This document shows, one piece after another, positions 37,433-49,799 of a stretch of 64,000 nt of DNA. Source of the DNA: Callorhinchus milii (lineage: Eukaryota); assembly GCF_018977255.1 (NCBI RefSeq), contig NW_024704742.1:40364001-40428000 (forward strand). The letters run 5' to 3'. Each line of letters starts with the position of its first letter. The stretch's first letter is position 1. The translations under genes were made by a program, and so were the position numbers. The notes under the pieces were generated by a model that saw only the letters and a program-made list of their open reading frames with translations, made no database searches and was not told the origin of the DNA.

Positions 37433-38527
37433 ACAAGAGGCTCAATCCAGGGAGACTTTCCCCACCTTGTGCAGGAGTTTATGAAGTGTAGAACATGAGG
37501 GGAAGAGTAATGGGCCACACAGGATCCAGAGAAGTGGAGACTTATTGTCCGTAACTTATTGGTGGTGTCTTGACAAGTGGAATTTTCCATTCAATTCATC
37601 ATTGTGGCAAAATTCAGACCTGGATTTCTCATCAGTGTCCACAAAAACAGGAAATGTTCCTTATCACTGTATCTCCTCCCCCAGCTTGTCTACTGGGACT
37701 AAACAGCAGCCAGTTCCGTAGGCCACGTGTGACTTTTCTCTGGAGGCAACTGGCTGATTTGTTATTAACCTTGTGAATTATTTACAGGTGAGGTTCCACT
37801 TCTTTTCTTCTGCAGTGGGAGGTGTTTCACATCAGATTCGCACATGCTCCATTGTAGATGCTTTCTGACTGGCTGTTGATGTGCAGATAGATGTCTGTGA
37901 TGCATATGTCAGCAGCATCTGGTGTTTGTGCAATCTTCCATATACTCTAGTTTTAGGATGCAGCATTGTCAGATGGACAACTGCTCACTGATTGTGATGG
38001 TAGTGTTAATGACACTGACATCCGAATGAGGGCATTGCGTTCAGAATTTTAAGCACCTGGAAAAATATTAATGGTAAAACTGTCAAAGTAATTTAAGTTC
38101 TGGGCCGAATGGCTGGTTTCTGTGCTGTAACTTTCTATGATTCTCTGAAGTGTTGCCAGCATTTGGCTTTTTGGCTTCTCACTGAAGTATTTAAATCCTC
38201 AATAATATAGCACATCATTCCAGACAATATAGAAAGAGTTTCTTCTTCAGGGAAAAGTATCTTGCACCACTTATGCTATACTTGGTTACTTACCATGTCC
38301 CAAAAGAGGAATGTGGCACAAAATTGCAGGGAATATTGCAATACCTTTTAAAGCCACTGTCTGGAGTGAAGCTAAACAATGCATCACAGGTTTGACTCCA
38401 GCCTGTGCTGAGTAACTGATGTTAACTGCAAATATAGTAAATAATGATACTTGCATTTGACATAGTAGTTTAATCATGATGTTAAATGTCTCAAAATGCT
38501 TCACAGGATTTGCTGTGAAGTCATTCC

Positions 38528-38955
38528 CAGATGGCTAAGTTGGTAGCATGCTCACCTGAGTCAGAAAGTTGTGGATTCAAGCCCCTGTTGGGACTTTGAA
38601 CTCACGTGTCTAGGCTGATGCTCCAGTGCAGTTCTAGGGGTGTGCTCCATTGTCGGAGGTACCATCCTTCAAATGAGACATTAAAGCAAGGTCAAACCTG
38701 CCTGTTCTGGTGGATGTTAAAACAATCTGCAGTGTTTGAAAAACAAAGGAAGTTTCTCCCAATGTCCTGGCCAACAGTCTCCCAAATAAAATTGGACACT
38801 AATTTTATGGCTGGTTACGGGACACCATTGTGTACAATTTGCTGCTGTGTTTGCCTACAAGGTATACTGGCACCACACTTTACAGTATGTCCTGTAAAGC
38901 ACTTTGAGATGCCCTCACGACATGACAGGCACTATTTAAAACGCATGGGTTATTA
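38528..38955 (+). mobile_element. Full-length Deu SINE (SacSINE1-like)
   Basis: ggctaagttggtagcatgctcacctgagtcagaaag...aatgagacattaaagcaaggtc...ctgtaaagcactttgag. Confidence 0.88.
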
Positions 38956-40196
38956 TACTACACAGTATCATTATTTGTGGTAAATACCAGGATAGCCTTA
39001 AGAGTGAGGCAATTGATGCCATGATCCTGGCCTAAAAGATTACTTCCCTCTGACAATGGCAAGCTATGCTGTTCTAACTGGCTAAACTCCAGCAATATCT
39101 CAACACATACTCCAGTTCTCTCAACCTGGGTCTCTCACTCTTGGAAATTAGATAAGCAGGGTGCATTCTTTTCCAGACAAAGATAAATTTCCTTGTGTCA
39201 GTGGTATTGGGACATCCTCCCGACGTGAAAGGCGCTATACAAATGTAATTTTGTATTGTGTGCATCTGTGAAACTCTGTCTAGTTTGAATTCTCTTATAC
39301 CTGGTGATGGATTTCCACATGTGTCAGCATTTCCAGGTCCATATACCATGGTTAGTTGCAGAGTAAGGCCTTCTCCACTTTAACTCAACAATTAGATTCA
39401 GGTCCAACCCCAGAATAGCAGACCTGCCTACTATATCATCAAAACATTTTCCATTTGTCACACCCATGTTTCTATTTACCACATCCTGTAATCCCTTTGA
39501 GTGAGATTGCCAATTTAATGGTAATCTAAAGGCAAGTTTGTACAGTAAGTCCACACCCAGTAAGAACCAGTTTGAAACTAGCCCAGACTCCTTCACACAG
39601 TCCCTTATGATCAAAAGACAGAAATTTTTATTCCATCAATTGGGGACCGAATCTGAACCTAGCTCCCAGATGTGAAAGCTAGCGCCCACTCACTGCACTT
39701 CTCAGTCCCCTGGGTTAAGGTTAGGGGGGAAAGGCTGAAGGAGGTAAAGAGTTGCATAGTCTTGAAGTTTTTAAGGGAAAAAAAGCAATGAACAAATCTT
39801 CACTTTAACACTATGTTATGGATAAGTAATTAAAGTAAAAAACACACTCACATTTCCAATATTTTCATGGTCTGTATGACATTTATGCTACAGAGGCTGA
39901 ATTTTCAATGTAATGTGACACTAAGGGGTTAACTATTTAATGTCAATGCAGCAGATAGGATAGTTGGTTGCTTCTGAGTAAGTCAGCATTTCCAACGAGG
40001 AACATCTCACATTAGCTGATTTATTAAAATCCTACTAATCCTAGAAAAGCCCAAACCCGTCTGTTTAAATATTTACAGACATGCATAATGGGTACACACA
40101 TTTTAGGAAAATATGTCTGTTTCAAGTAAGTCACAATAAGAGGAAGAAAATATAAACTTATTGTAAATTCAAGGACGGTTCCTACAATCAAGGCTG

Positions 40197-41470
40197 CACC
40201 GCTTGTCCTCCCACCTCAACCTTCAAGGCACTGTCCTTGAATGGTTTAGCTCTTACCTTTCCCACCGTCTTCACTTCGTCTCAACGAATGGCTTCTCCTC
40301 CACCCCCCGTACTGTCTCATGTGGTGTCCCTCAGGGCTCTGTCCTCGGTCCCCTCCTCTTCACCCTCTATATGCTCCCCCTCGGTGACATCATCCGCAAA
40401 CATGGGGTTAACTTCCACATGTATGCGGATGACACCCAACTCTACCTTTCCTCCTCTACTCTCAACTCCACGACCACCGATGTCCTGACAGCCTGCCTGT
40501 CCGACATCGAGTCCTGGACGAGAGACAACTTTCTTCAGCTCAACGTGCGAAAAACCGAGGCCCTCCTGATTGGCTCACGTCAGCGCCTCCGCACCTCAGG
40601 CGCTGACACCATCAGCATCCAAGGCTGCACTCTCCACCTCTCAAAGCCAGTCAGGAACCTCGGCGTTTTGTTCGACCCTGAGCTGTCCTTTCTCCCTCAC
40701 ATCCGCACCACAACTGGCACCGCCTTCCATCACCTCCGGAATATCGCCAGATTACGGCACTACCTCACCCCTCACGCTGCTGAAACCCTGGTTCACGCCT
40801 TTGTCACCTCAAGGCTGGACTATGGGAACTCTCTCCTCGCCGGCCTTCCCGCCACCTCCCTCCACAAGCTGCAGGTCATTCAGAACTCTGCAGCTCGTGT
40901 ACTGTCCCGCACCAGGCTTCGGGACCACATCACTCCTACCCTCGCTCGCCTCCACTGGCTCCCCATCCCCCAGAGGATCGATTTCAAGATCCTCATCCTC
41001 ACCTACAAGGCCATTCACGGCCTTGCTCCCTCCTACCTCTCCAACCTACTATCCCCCTACCTACCTGCCCGTACCCTCCGTTCCTCTGGCTCCGGTCTGC
41101 TCCACGTCCCCCGCCCCAACCGCCCTACTATCGGTGGTCGGGCCTTCAGCCTCTCAGCCCCGAGGCTCTGGAACTCCATCCCCCAGTGCCTTCGCCTTGC
41201 TTCCTCCCTTTCCTCCTTCAAGGCCGGTCTCAAAACCTTTCTCTTTGACCGAGCCTTCAGCTCCCCTCTCGACTCTCTTCCTCCTCCTCGCTCCCTCCCT
41301 TCCCTCCCCTCACCCTGACCATTTCCCCCCTCCTCTCTCCCTCCCTCCCCTCACCCTGACCATTTCCCCCCAATGCTCGGGTCATGACCCAACTGTGCAG
41401 CGCCTTGGGACGTCCTCCTGACGTGAAAGGCGCTCTATAAATGGAATCTTGTTGTTGTTGTTGTTGTTGC
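40197..41470 (+). mobile_element. Young 5'-truncated L2 (family B) with an uninterrupted 371-aa C-terminal RT ORF
   Basis: ORF 40203-41318 ([29 protein letters not shown]) has no stops; CpGs retained; intact stem-loop and (ttg)n tail. Confidence 0.97.
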
Positions 41471-42809
41471 ACATTAACCTTCAGAAAGGGACGATGAGAC
41501 TGCAGAGAATGAAGCATACAAATACACGATTCTTAATCCTCAGTTGTACATTGAGTTCTGTGGTGTTATAACCTCAGGTTAAACCAAGAGACACTCAGAC
41601 TTTAACACAAATTATGACTGCTCTGACATAACAAATCCTTTGTAATAACTAAAAATTGCACAAAACACCTGACAACTGCCTCGTGTTTCAAGCAGTGTTT
41701 GTGTTGTCCAATTCTGTTGATTTCTCCACAACAACTACAAAAAAGATCTGTTTCCACAAACAGGCAGCCTTGCCTCTTTTTAAACATCTGTAATGGTTCA
41801 GGCAAAATCTTGCATTTCAGCCATGCTTTGCACAGAGCAGGCAGGTTTTTCCAACTAGATTGTAAACCTTTTGAATTGGAAAATTAAGTTACACCCCTCT
41901 CTTCTCACGTACTTTGTGCATTGCTAACAGAAACCTCTCCCGCCCTCCCCCCCACTCCCCCACCGCCCCCTTCCCAAGGAAATAAAATGGGTGCAGAATA
42001 ATAAGCTTAACCTCAGAGTGCAACATCAAGTGGAATATTTTATAAACCTCCCGCTGGGCTGCTGTAAGCCTTGTCCAATTTCAGCAGCTTTGCGACCAAC
42101 TCAGAACAGCGCACTAATAGACGTTCCATATCTTAGTTTTCTGGCATGTTAAACTTTCCGCTCCTGCTGGCTTTCTTCCCAGTCCAGCCATCGCATGCAC
42201 ATTCTTCTTGCGTGGTGTTCCTCTCGCCTCCGTCTGACAGATCCTCAACAGATATTTCCACTCGAAGTCGTCAGTCACACAGTATGCACCCAGTGCAAAA
42301 CCCTATTCCTTTCTTTTGTGTTCTGCCAGTTGAGCTGTCAAAATTGGGGGAATGTAAGGAGTGTGATTTATGATTGAAAATAACGAGGTTAATTACAAAC
42401 TTGTTTAAACACAAGGAAGCTATGCTTGTTTTTATTCAACAACATACTTGAAACTCTGTCTCTTCTTTAAAGGAAAATGACTGTCAATCCCAATAAATAG
42501 CACTTGGCCAGTTGTACAATGGTTAGACTCTAGATGTGTTTTTTTTCCAGTGTGTACCTTTAGTTTCACTAAAGACCACTTTTTGAATAGAGAAGAATTC
42601 CAAGTTAGGTAGAGATTCCTTGAACTACTCTGAAATTCATTTGCAAAAAAAAACCTAAACTGAGTCAAAATGTGCGCTCGGTTCTCACCTTTGTTCATCT
42701 GTTGTTTTCAATGTGTTTCCCCCTTTTTTAGAGCCTTTGCATCAATTAGCATTCTGAAGAAAGAAGGCAGGCTGTGAGTGAGCTCTGACAAATCTGGTTA
42801 GGATGTATG

Positions 42810-45295
42810 ATTGACATAGTGTGAGAGATACGCAATTCAGCTGAGATTGTGTGAGAAAGACAGTGTGACTGAGATTGTGTGAGAGAGACAGTGTGACTGA
42901 GATTGTGTGAGAGAGACAGTGTGACTGAGATTGTGTGAGAGAGACATAGTGTGACAGAGATTGTGTGAGAGAGACAGTGTGACTGAGATTGTGTGAGAGA
43001 GACAGTGTGACTGAGATTGTGTGAGAGAGACAGTGTGACTGAGATTGTGTGAGGGAGACAGTGTGACTGAGATTGTGTGAGAGAGACAGTGTGACTGAGA
43101 TTGTGTGAGAGAGACAGTGTGACTGAGATTGTGTGAGAGAGACAGTGTGACTGAGATTGTGTGAGAGAGACAGTGTGACTGAGATTGTGTGTGAGAGAGA
43201 CACAGTGTGACTGTCATTGTGAGAGACACAGTGTGACTGACATTGTGAGAGAGACACAGTGTGACTGACATTGTGAGAGAGACACAGTGTGACTGACATT
43301 GTGAGAGAGACACAGTGTGACTGACATTGTGAGAGACACAGTGTGACTGACATTGTGAGAGAGACACAGTGTGACTGACATTGTGAGAGAGACACAGTGT
43401 GACTGACATTGTGAGAGAGACACAGTGTGACTGACATTGTGAGAGAGACACAGTGTGACGGACATTGTGAGAGACACAGTGTGACTGACATTGTGAGAGA
43501 CACAGTGTGACTGACATTGTGAGAGACACAGTGTGACTGACATTGTAAGAGAGACACAGTGTGACTGACATTGTGAGAGAGACACAGTGTGACTGACATT
43601 GTGAGAGAGACACAGTGTGACTGACATTGTGAGAGAGACAGTGTGACGGACATTGTGAGAGACACAGTGTGACTGACATTGTGAGAGACACAGTGTGACT
43701 GACATTGTGAGAGAGACACAGTGTGACTGACATTGTGAGAGAGACACAGTGTGACGGACATTGTGAGAGAGACACAGTGTGACTGACATTGTGAGAGAGA
43801 CACAGTGTGACTGACATTGTGAGAGACACAGTGTGACTGACATTGTGAGAGACACAGTGTGACGGACATTGTGAGAGAGACACAGTGTGACTGACATTGT
43901 GAGAGACACAGTGTGACGGACATTGTGAGAGACACAGTGTGACGGACATTGTGAGCGACACAGTGTGACTGACATTGTGAGAGACACAGTGTGACTGACA
44001 TTGTGAGAGAGACACAGTGTGACTGACATTGTGAGAGAGACACAGTGTGACGGACATTGTGAGAGAGACACAGTGTGACTGACATTGTGAGAGACACAGT
44101 GTGACTGACATTGTGAGAGACACAGTGTGACGGACATTGTGAGAGAGACACAGTGTGACTGACATTGTGAGAGAGACACAGTGTGACTGACATTGTGAGA
44201 GACACAGTGTGACTGACATTGTGAGAGACACAGTGTGACTGACATTGTGAGAGACACAGTGTGACTGACATTGTGAGAGACACAGTGTGACTGACATTGT
44301 GAGAGACACAGTGTGACTGACATTGTGAGAGACACAGTGTGACTGACATTGTGAGACAGACACAGTGTGACTGACATTGTGAGAGACACAGTGTGACTGA
44401 CATTGTGAGAGAGACACAGTGTGACTGACATTGTGAGAAAGACACAGTGTGACTGACATTGTGTGAGAGACACAGTGTGACTGACATTGTGAGAGACACA
44501 GTGTGACTGACATTGTGAGAGAGACACAGTGTGACTGACATTGTGAGAGAGACACAGTGTGACTGACATTGTGAGAGACACAGTGTGACTGACATTGTGA
44601 GAGAGACACAGTGTGACTGACATTGTGAGAGAGACACAGTGTGACTGACATTGTGAGAGAGACACAGTGTGACTGACATTGTGAGAGAGACACAGTGTGA
44701 CTGACATTGTGAGAGAGACACAGTGTGACTGACATTGTGAGAGAGACACAGTGTGACTGACATTGTGAGAGAGACACAGTGTGACTGACATTGTGAGAGA
44801 CACAGTGTGACGGACATTGTGAGAGACACAGTGTGACTGACATTGTGAGAGACACAGTGTGACTGAGATTGTGTGAGAGAGACAGTGTGACTGAGATTGT
44901 GTGAGAGAGACACAATGTGACTGAGATTGTGTGAGAGAGACAGTGTGACTGAGATTGTGTGTGAGAGAGACACAGTGTGACTGAGATTGTGTGTGAGAGA
45001 GACACAGTGTGACTGACATTGTGAGAAAGACACAGTGTGACTGACATTGTGAGACAGACACAGTGTGACTGACATTGTGAGAAAGACACAGTGTGACTGA
45101 CATTGTGAGACAGACACAGTGTGACTGACATTGTGAGACAGACACGGTGTGACTGACATTGTGAGAGACACAGTGTGACTGTCATTGTGAGAGAGACAGT
45201 GTGACTGACATTGTGAGAGGGTCTGACTTAGTGACATTGTGTGAGACAGACATGGTGTAACTGACATTGTGTGAGAGAGACACAGTGTGATTGAG
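42810..45295. repeat. Minisatellite/satellite array of roughly 90 units of 26-30 bp, consensus cacagtgtgactgacattgtgagaga(ga)
   Basis: Directly visible tandem periodicity; variant cagtgtgactgagattgtgtgagagaga at ~42840-43200 and ~44860-45000. Confidence 0.99.
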
Positions 45296-46519
45296 AAAGC
45301 TGCCAAAGTGACCACTCTCTGATCACTCTCTTCTCCTGTCTGTGTTTTTGGTTCCCTATTTCACCGAATGTCCATCTTTGGGACAATTTACTGAGTGAGA
45401 AAATGCAGGTGTGAATACAAACAAATAAACTGGACATTTATTTTCTTGCTGCGTAACAACTGTGCCACTGAACGTAATAAACTTTTACAAGCCATTACCT
45501 AAAGTTTTAGAGCTGGAGGTGAGGATGAAGGTGAGGATGTGTGTGGGGTGGGGGGGAGTAATTAACCTTTCTGCAGGGCTCTGTAAATCTTGGGCTAGTC
45601 CTAAGTACAGACTTCACATGAAACCAGTGGATCGAGGCTTATCTAAAAGGGCAGCACCAGCACGAACAGGTATTCGGTAAACTCTAACTGGTCCTGTTTT
45701 CTGCAGACACACAATCTGAGGAAAGTGACACATTTCTTTTTTGGCATTGTCACCTCCCCCAAAACAGATATCACTTGGCTGAAGACAGGACCTCTTTAAG
45801 AAGGATGTTCAGTCATTGGTACCGAGCAGTACAAGCTGTCTAAACAGATCTAGAATTAGACAATTCGCAGGATTGTTAGTCAGTTTGGAGCCAGTTACAG
45901 ACACTTCAATTCTGTTAATTATAGTTGTCTGTGCAGATGAATAATAAGCTGGTAATATTTTTAATGTCTACTCTCCTTTCCGGATCTCCCTGTCCCAGGC
46001 ACCATTATTGATTCTCCTCGTCTAACAACGTCACTAAAGGGAACAAAACTGCAGAATTCCTAAACACAACTTGAGGAATGTTATTAAGGGTGTGTTTGCC
46101 AACGATCCAGCCTGGCCTTGCTGAAGTATCTCTGACCCATCTGTTTTAGGAACCAGATTACTGATTTTGCCACAGAGAATTGAATCCATTCCACATTGAT
46201 CACCTTGGGGGCAGATCAGCTCCAAGGAAACGCCGGTTACCTCCCCATAAGAGGATAGACACAAGTTGATCATTTGACATATGACAGGTGTGGGTATGAG
46301 CCCTCACTAAGTAAAGAGCAGGTACCAGGAACCCCCGTGAACTTTCTGGTGAATAGCACAACTCACCATGAGAGCACTGGTACCATTCTCCTGCCCAGAG
46401 CTGAGACACACATTCTTACCCATTGAGAGACATTTCCATCAATGCTGAAGTGCTGACCTCTTTGCATACTAATCAAGGTATATATCTCAGAATGTATTCA
46501 CAAATCTGGACTCCAGGTC

Positions 46520-46675
46520 ACCTTCAGGTCTGCCTTCGGTCACCCTCCTACCCATGCCATCCCCACTCTCCACCCCTCCTGATCCCAATCGCCAGCTCGG
46601 GTACGGATCCCAGCGCCTTGGGACGTCCTGCTGACATGAAAGGCACTATACAAATGTAATTTGGTGTTGTTGTGA
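46520..46675 (+). mobile_element. L2 3' UTR/tail
   Basis: cagcgccttgggacgtcctgctgacatgaaaggcactatacaaatgtaat...gttgttg. Confidence 0.85.
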
Positions 46676-46789
46676 TATCCCACAATTGGACAAGTTGAGA
46701 ATGATCAGAATGCCCTGTCTCCTGTCCCTCGGTAGTGTCCAAATAAATGTTGGAATCCACCACAGCCCTGAAATTCACTGCTCCACACT

Positions 46790-47098
46790 GGGACTTTGAG
46801 TGTATCGTCTAGGATGAGATTGTGTTGGGGTGCATTGTCAGAGGTGCCATTCTTCAGATGAGCCGTTAAAACTGAGGTCCTGAATGTTCAGGTGGACGTT
46901 AAAGATCCAAAGAGTTTTAATCCCAGATTTAAAAATTGTTCATTCACTTAATGTCTGTTAGTAAGATGTTGCTGTGTACAAATTGGCTGCTGCATTTGCC
47001 AACAAATATAGTCATTTCACGAAACAGAAGAAATCTGTGAAGCATTTTGAAATGTTGTGATGTGATAACACACTACATCAAATGCAAGGATTATGATT
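46790..47098 (+). mobile_element. Deu SINE, degraded
   Basis: gcattgtcagaggtgcc...cagatgagccgttaaaactgagg...caggtggacgttaaagatcc...aattggctgc. Confidence 0.8.
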
Positions 47099-48035
47099 AA
47101 TGATAGTAAGTATGGCAAATTCGGGCCAATTCAACAGTTAGTACTGCTTCTTTTGATATGATGAAGGTAATATAAAGAAGCTTTTTAGATGACTATAATA
47201 ATTGGTTTTCCTTCTCTTTGTATGTCCCATGTGGTGCACAGGTTTTATTAATAGAACATGGGTTCTTCCCATCACTGAGCACTTGCATGTGATGTCAACA
47301 GCCTCTAATAATTTAAATACACACATCTCACTGAACCAGATCCTATCTCTATAGTGAACAAGGAATGTAGAATGAGGTCACGCCATCATTTTATGTGCAT
47401 TACTCAAGCAAATTAAAGTTTAAAGAACTCTGCCACTGTATATACTTCTCCTGATCAAAAATAAGATGACTGCTGGTCTCCAGTGAGCATGAATAATGCA
47501 GTCTGATGTTATAGTGGGAGTACTGTTCCTGTGCAGAGTAGTGTGTCTCTGGTGGGAGAGGGAGGCAGAGAGGGAAGGCCAGCTGGGGCGCATGTCATCA
47601 GGAATTTCTTAGGATTACATTTTACAAGCTGTGTTTTCACATGTTCGGATGGAGTTGAATCACTGCCATGGGTGGGGAAAGGATGGGTGTAAGTCACATT
47701 TGGCTGTAAACATGATTGACAATTATTGCTGTTGCTGGAGATGGCCACAATCCTTACTCTGTAAGTCTCTGCAAAATGCTTTGAAATGTTATCCAACTTG
47801 AAAGGTTGCTCAATAATGCAAGTTGTTGCTATAATCTTTTGTAAGCTTTGTATATGTCACAATATTCACTGGACCAGCCTAATAAAATGGTTCAAAATCT
47901 CTTAACCTGATACAAGGTAGAAATTCCAGATAGGTCCATACTTACTTTATTAACGTAGCATTTCAGAGTGTACAGAATTTGGGAAATTGTTGAATTCAGT
48001 TTTAAATTTGAAGTAGGCTTTCAATAATTCTAACA

Positions 48036-48140
48036 GTACTTAAAATTAAAGGCTGTATTTAAGAATTTGACCAATTCTGGCTCTTCTGAAATGCTACACT
48101 AATACAGTAAATATAGACACAGGTGAAATTTTGCTCCAAC
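48036..48140 (+). repeat. Unclassified interspersed repeat, copy 3 of 4
   Basis: aattaaaggctgtatttaagaatttgaccaattctgg...aaatgctacactaatacagtaa. Confidence 0.75.
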
Positions 48141-48844
48141 TTGCATTTATATAGAGACTTTCATGTGGGTAATGAGTCGGAACACTTAAAGAAATACTTC
48201 TGCTCAACAGCAAGTCACCAGGGCTGTACAAGGTCAAAGTCAAAGACAAGGTCTTCATCTTCAACTCCTTTTCTGAATTCACAATTTCACCCTTTTGATC
48301 TGTGATGGACCACTTTGCATTTATTCAGCTGACAATCAGGTTCTGTGGGTTTCAGAAACAAGTTTAAACAACAACAAAAATACTTCCTTCAGTCGATAAG
48401 AGAATGATCAGCTTTTTGTGGCCTCCTGTTTAAGCCTGAAACAGTGCATCACATGAAAACATTGTGGTGCAGGAGAATAGATTATCTTCTCAAATGTTCG
48501 CATGACGTACGGTCTGAGTCAGCATAGTTTTGCTGCATTCCACTGACAGTGCATTTTAGCCCCACCCTCAGAAAAGCACAGCCTCCACTTACATTTCTAT
48601 CATTTCCATTGCCTTTCTGCACTCTTAAAGAGACTGTGATGACGTATTGGGACTATTTTGACCCAAACAAATTCCTTATTTGTGGTGATAAACAGAAGAG
48701 AGGGTGGGAGAAAGAAAATGCTCCATGTTACCATTGTCAACATAACCTGTTAAACCCTTCAAAGTAATAAAATAATGTTCTTGTAACTCTTATAAGTAGA
48801 GATTGTGCGACAGCAAATGAATGAGTATAAAATATATCAGCTTG

Positions 48845-49610
48845 CCTCACTAAGTCAATCAGGAACCTGGGTATCTTGTTTGACCTGAACTGTCCTTTCT
48901 CCCCCACATCCGCGCCATGACCGACACTGCCTACCACCACCTCCGCAACATTGCCAGACTCCGCCACTGCCTCACCCCTCAGGCTGCCAAAACCCTCACC
49001 CATACATTTGTCACCTCAAGGCTTGATTATGGGAACTCCCTCCTCATCGGCCTTCCCAACTCTTCCCTTCACAAGCTGCAGATCATCCAAAACTCTGCAG
49101 CTCGTGTACTCTCACGCACCAGACTCCGTGACCCCATCACTCCCACCCTCGCCTGACTCCACTGGCTCCCCATCCCCCAGAGGATCGAGTTCAAGATCCT
49201 TATCCTCACCTTTAAGAGCATCCATGGCCTTGCCCCCTCCTACCTCTCTGACCTGCTGACTCCCTACCAACCTGCCCGCTCCCTCCGTTCATCAGGCTCC
49301 GGTCTGCTCCATGTCTCCCGCCCGACCCGTCCTACCATCGGTGGCCGGGCTTTCAGCCTCTCTGCTCCCACATTCTGGAACTCCAACCCACGGTCCCTTT
49401 GCCTCGCTTCCTCCCTTGCCTCCTTCAAGGCTGGCCCCTTCTCTTCGACTGTGTCTTTGGTCACCCTCCCACCTCTCTGCCTTCCCTCACCCCTACACCA
49501 CCCCTTCCCCATGCTTGGGCCCTGACACCTGACTGTCCAGGACTTTGGGACGTCCTCCCGACGTGAAAGGCGCTCTATAAATGTAATTTTGTTGTTGTTG
49601 TTGTTGTTGC
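48845..49610 (+). mobile_element. L2 3' fragment (family B)
   Basis: ORF 48917: [10 protein letters not shown]...LQIIQNSAAR; stem-loop and (ttg)n tail. Confidence 0.95.
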
Positions 49611-49799
49611 TGGTAGCTGTCCAGAGATTGTGGATCCCAGCCGCACATAGGGACATTGATCTCATATTGTCTATCTAGCCTGACACTCCAAAGAAATGTT
49701 AGAGGTTGGCTGCAATGTTAGAGGTGTCGTCCCTTGAATGAGAGAATGTGAAAGGCGCGGGTGCTATATAAATGCAAGTTGTTGTTGTTATTAATGTTT

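Noticed and set aside
40203..41318. Host reverse-transcriptase gene
   Set aside because: It starts mid-domain at a non-ATG codon and ends in an L2 tail; it is a 5'-truncated retrocopy.
42810..45295. CRISPR-like array or true V(D)J RSS cluster
   Set aside because: No unique spacers, no nonamers, no V/D/J or cas coding sequence, and the context is vertebrate.
42742..45315. 857, 782 and 643 aa ORFs rich in Cys/His/Ser
   Set aside because: All three minus frames are open and give the same rotating peptide because the satellite unit lacks stop codons on that strand. This is a tandem-repeat artefact, not a gene.
47705..47725. miR-30-like tgtaaacat seed
   Set aside because: The sequence after the seed differs from miR-30 and no precursor hairpin is evident.
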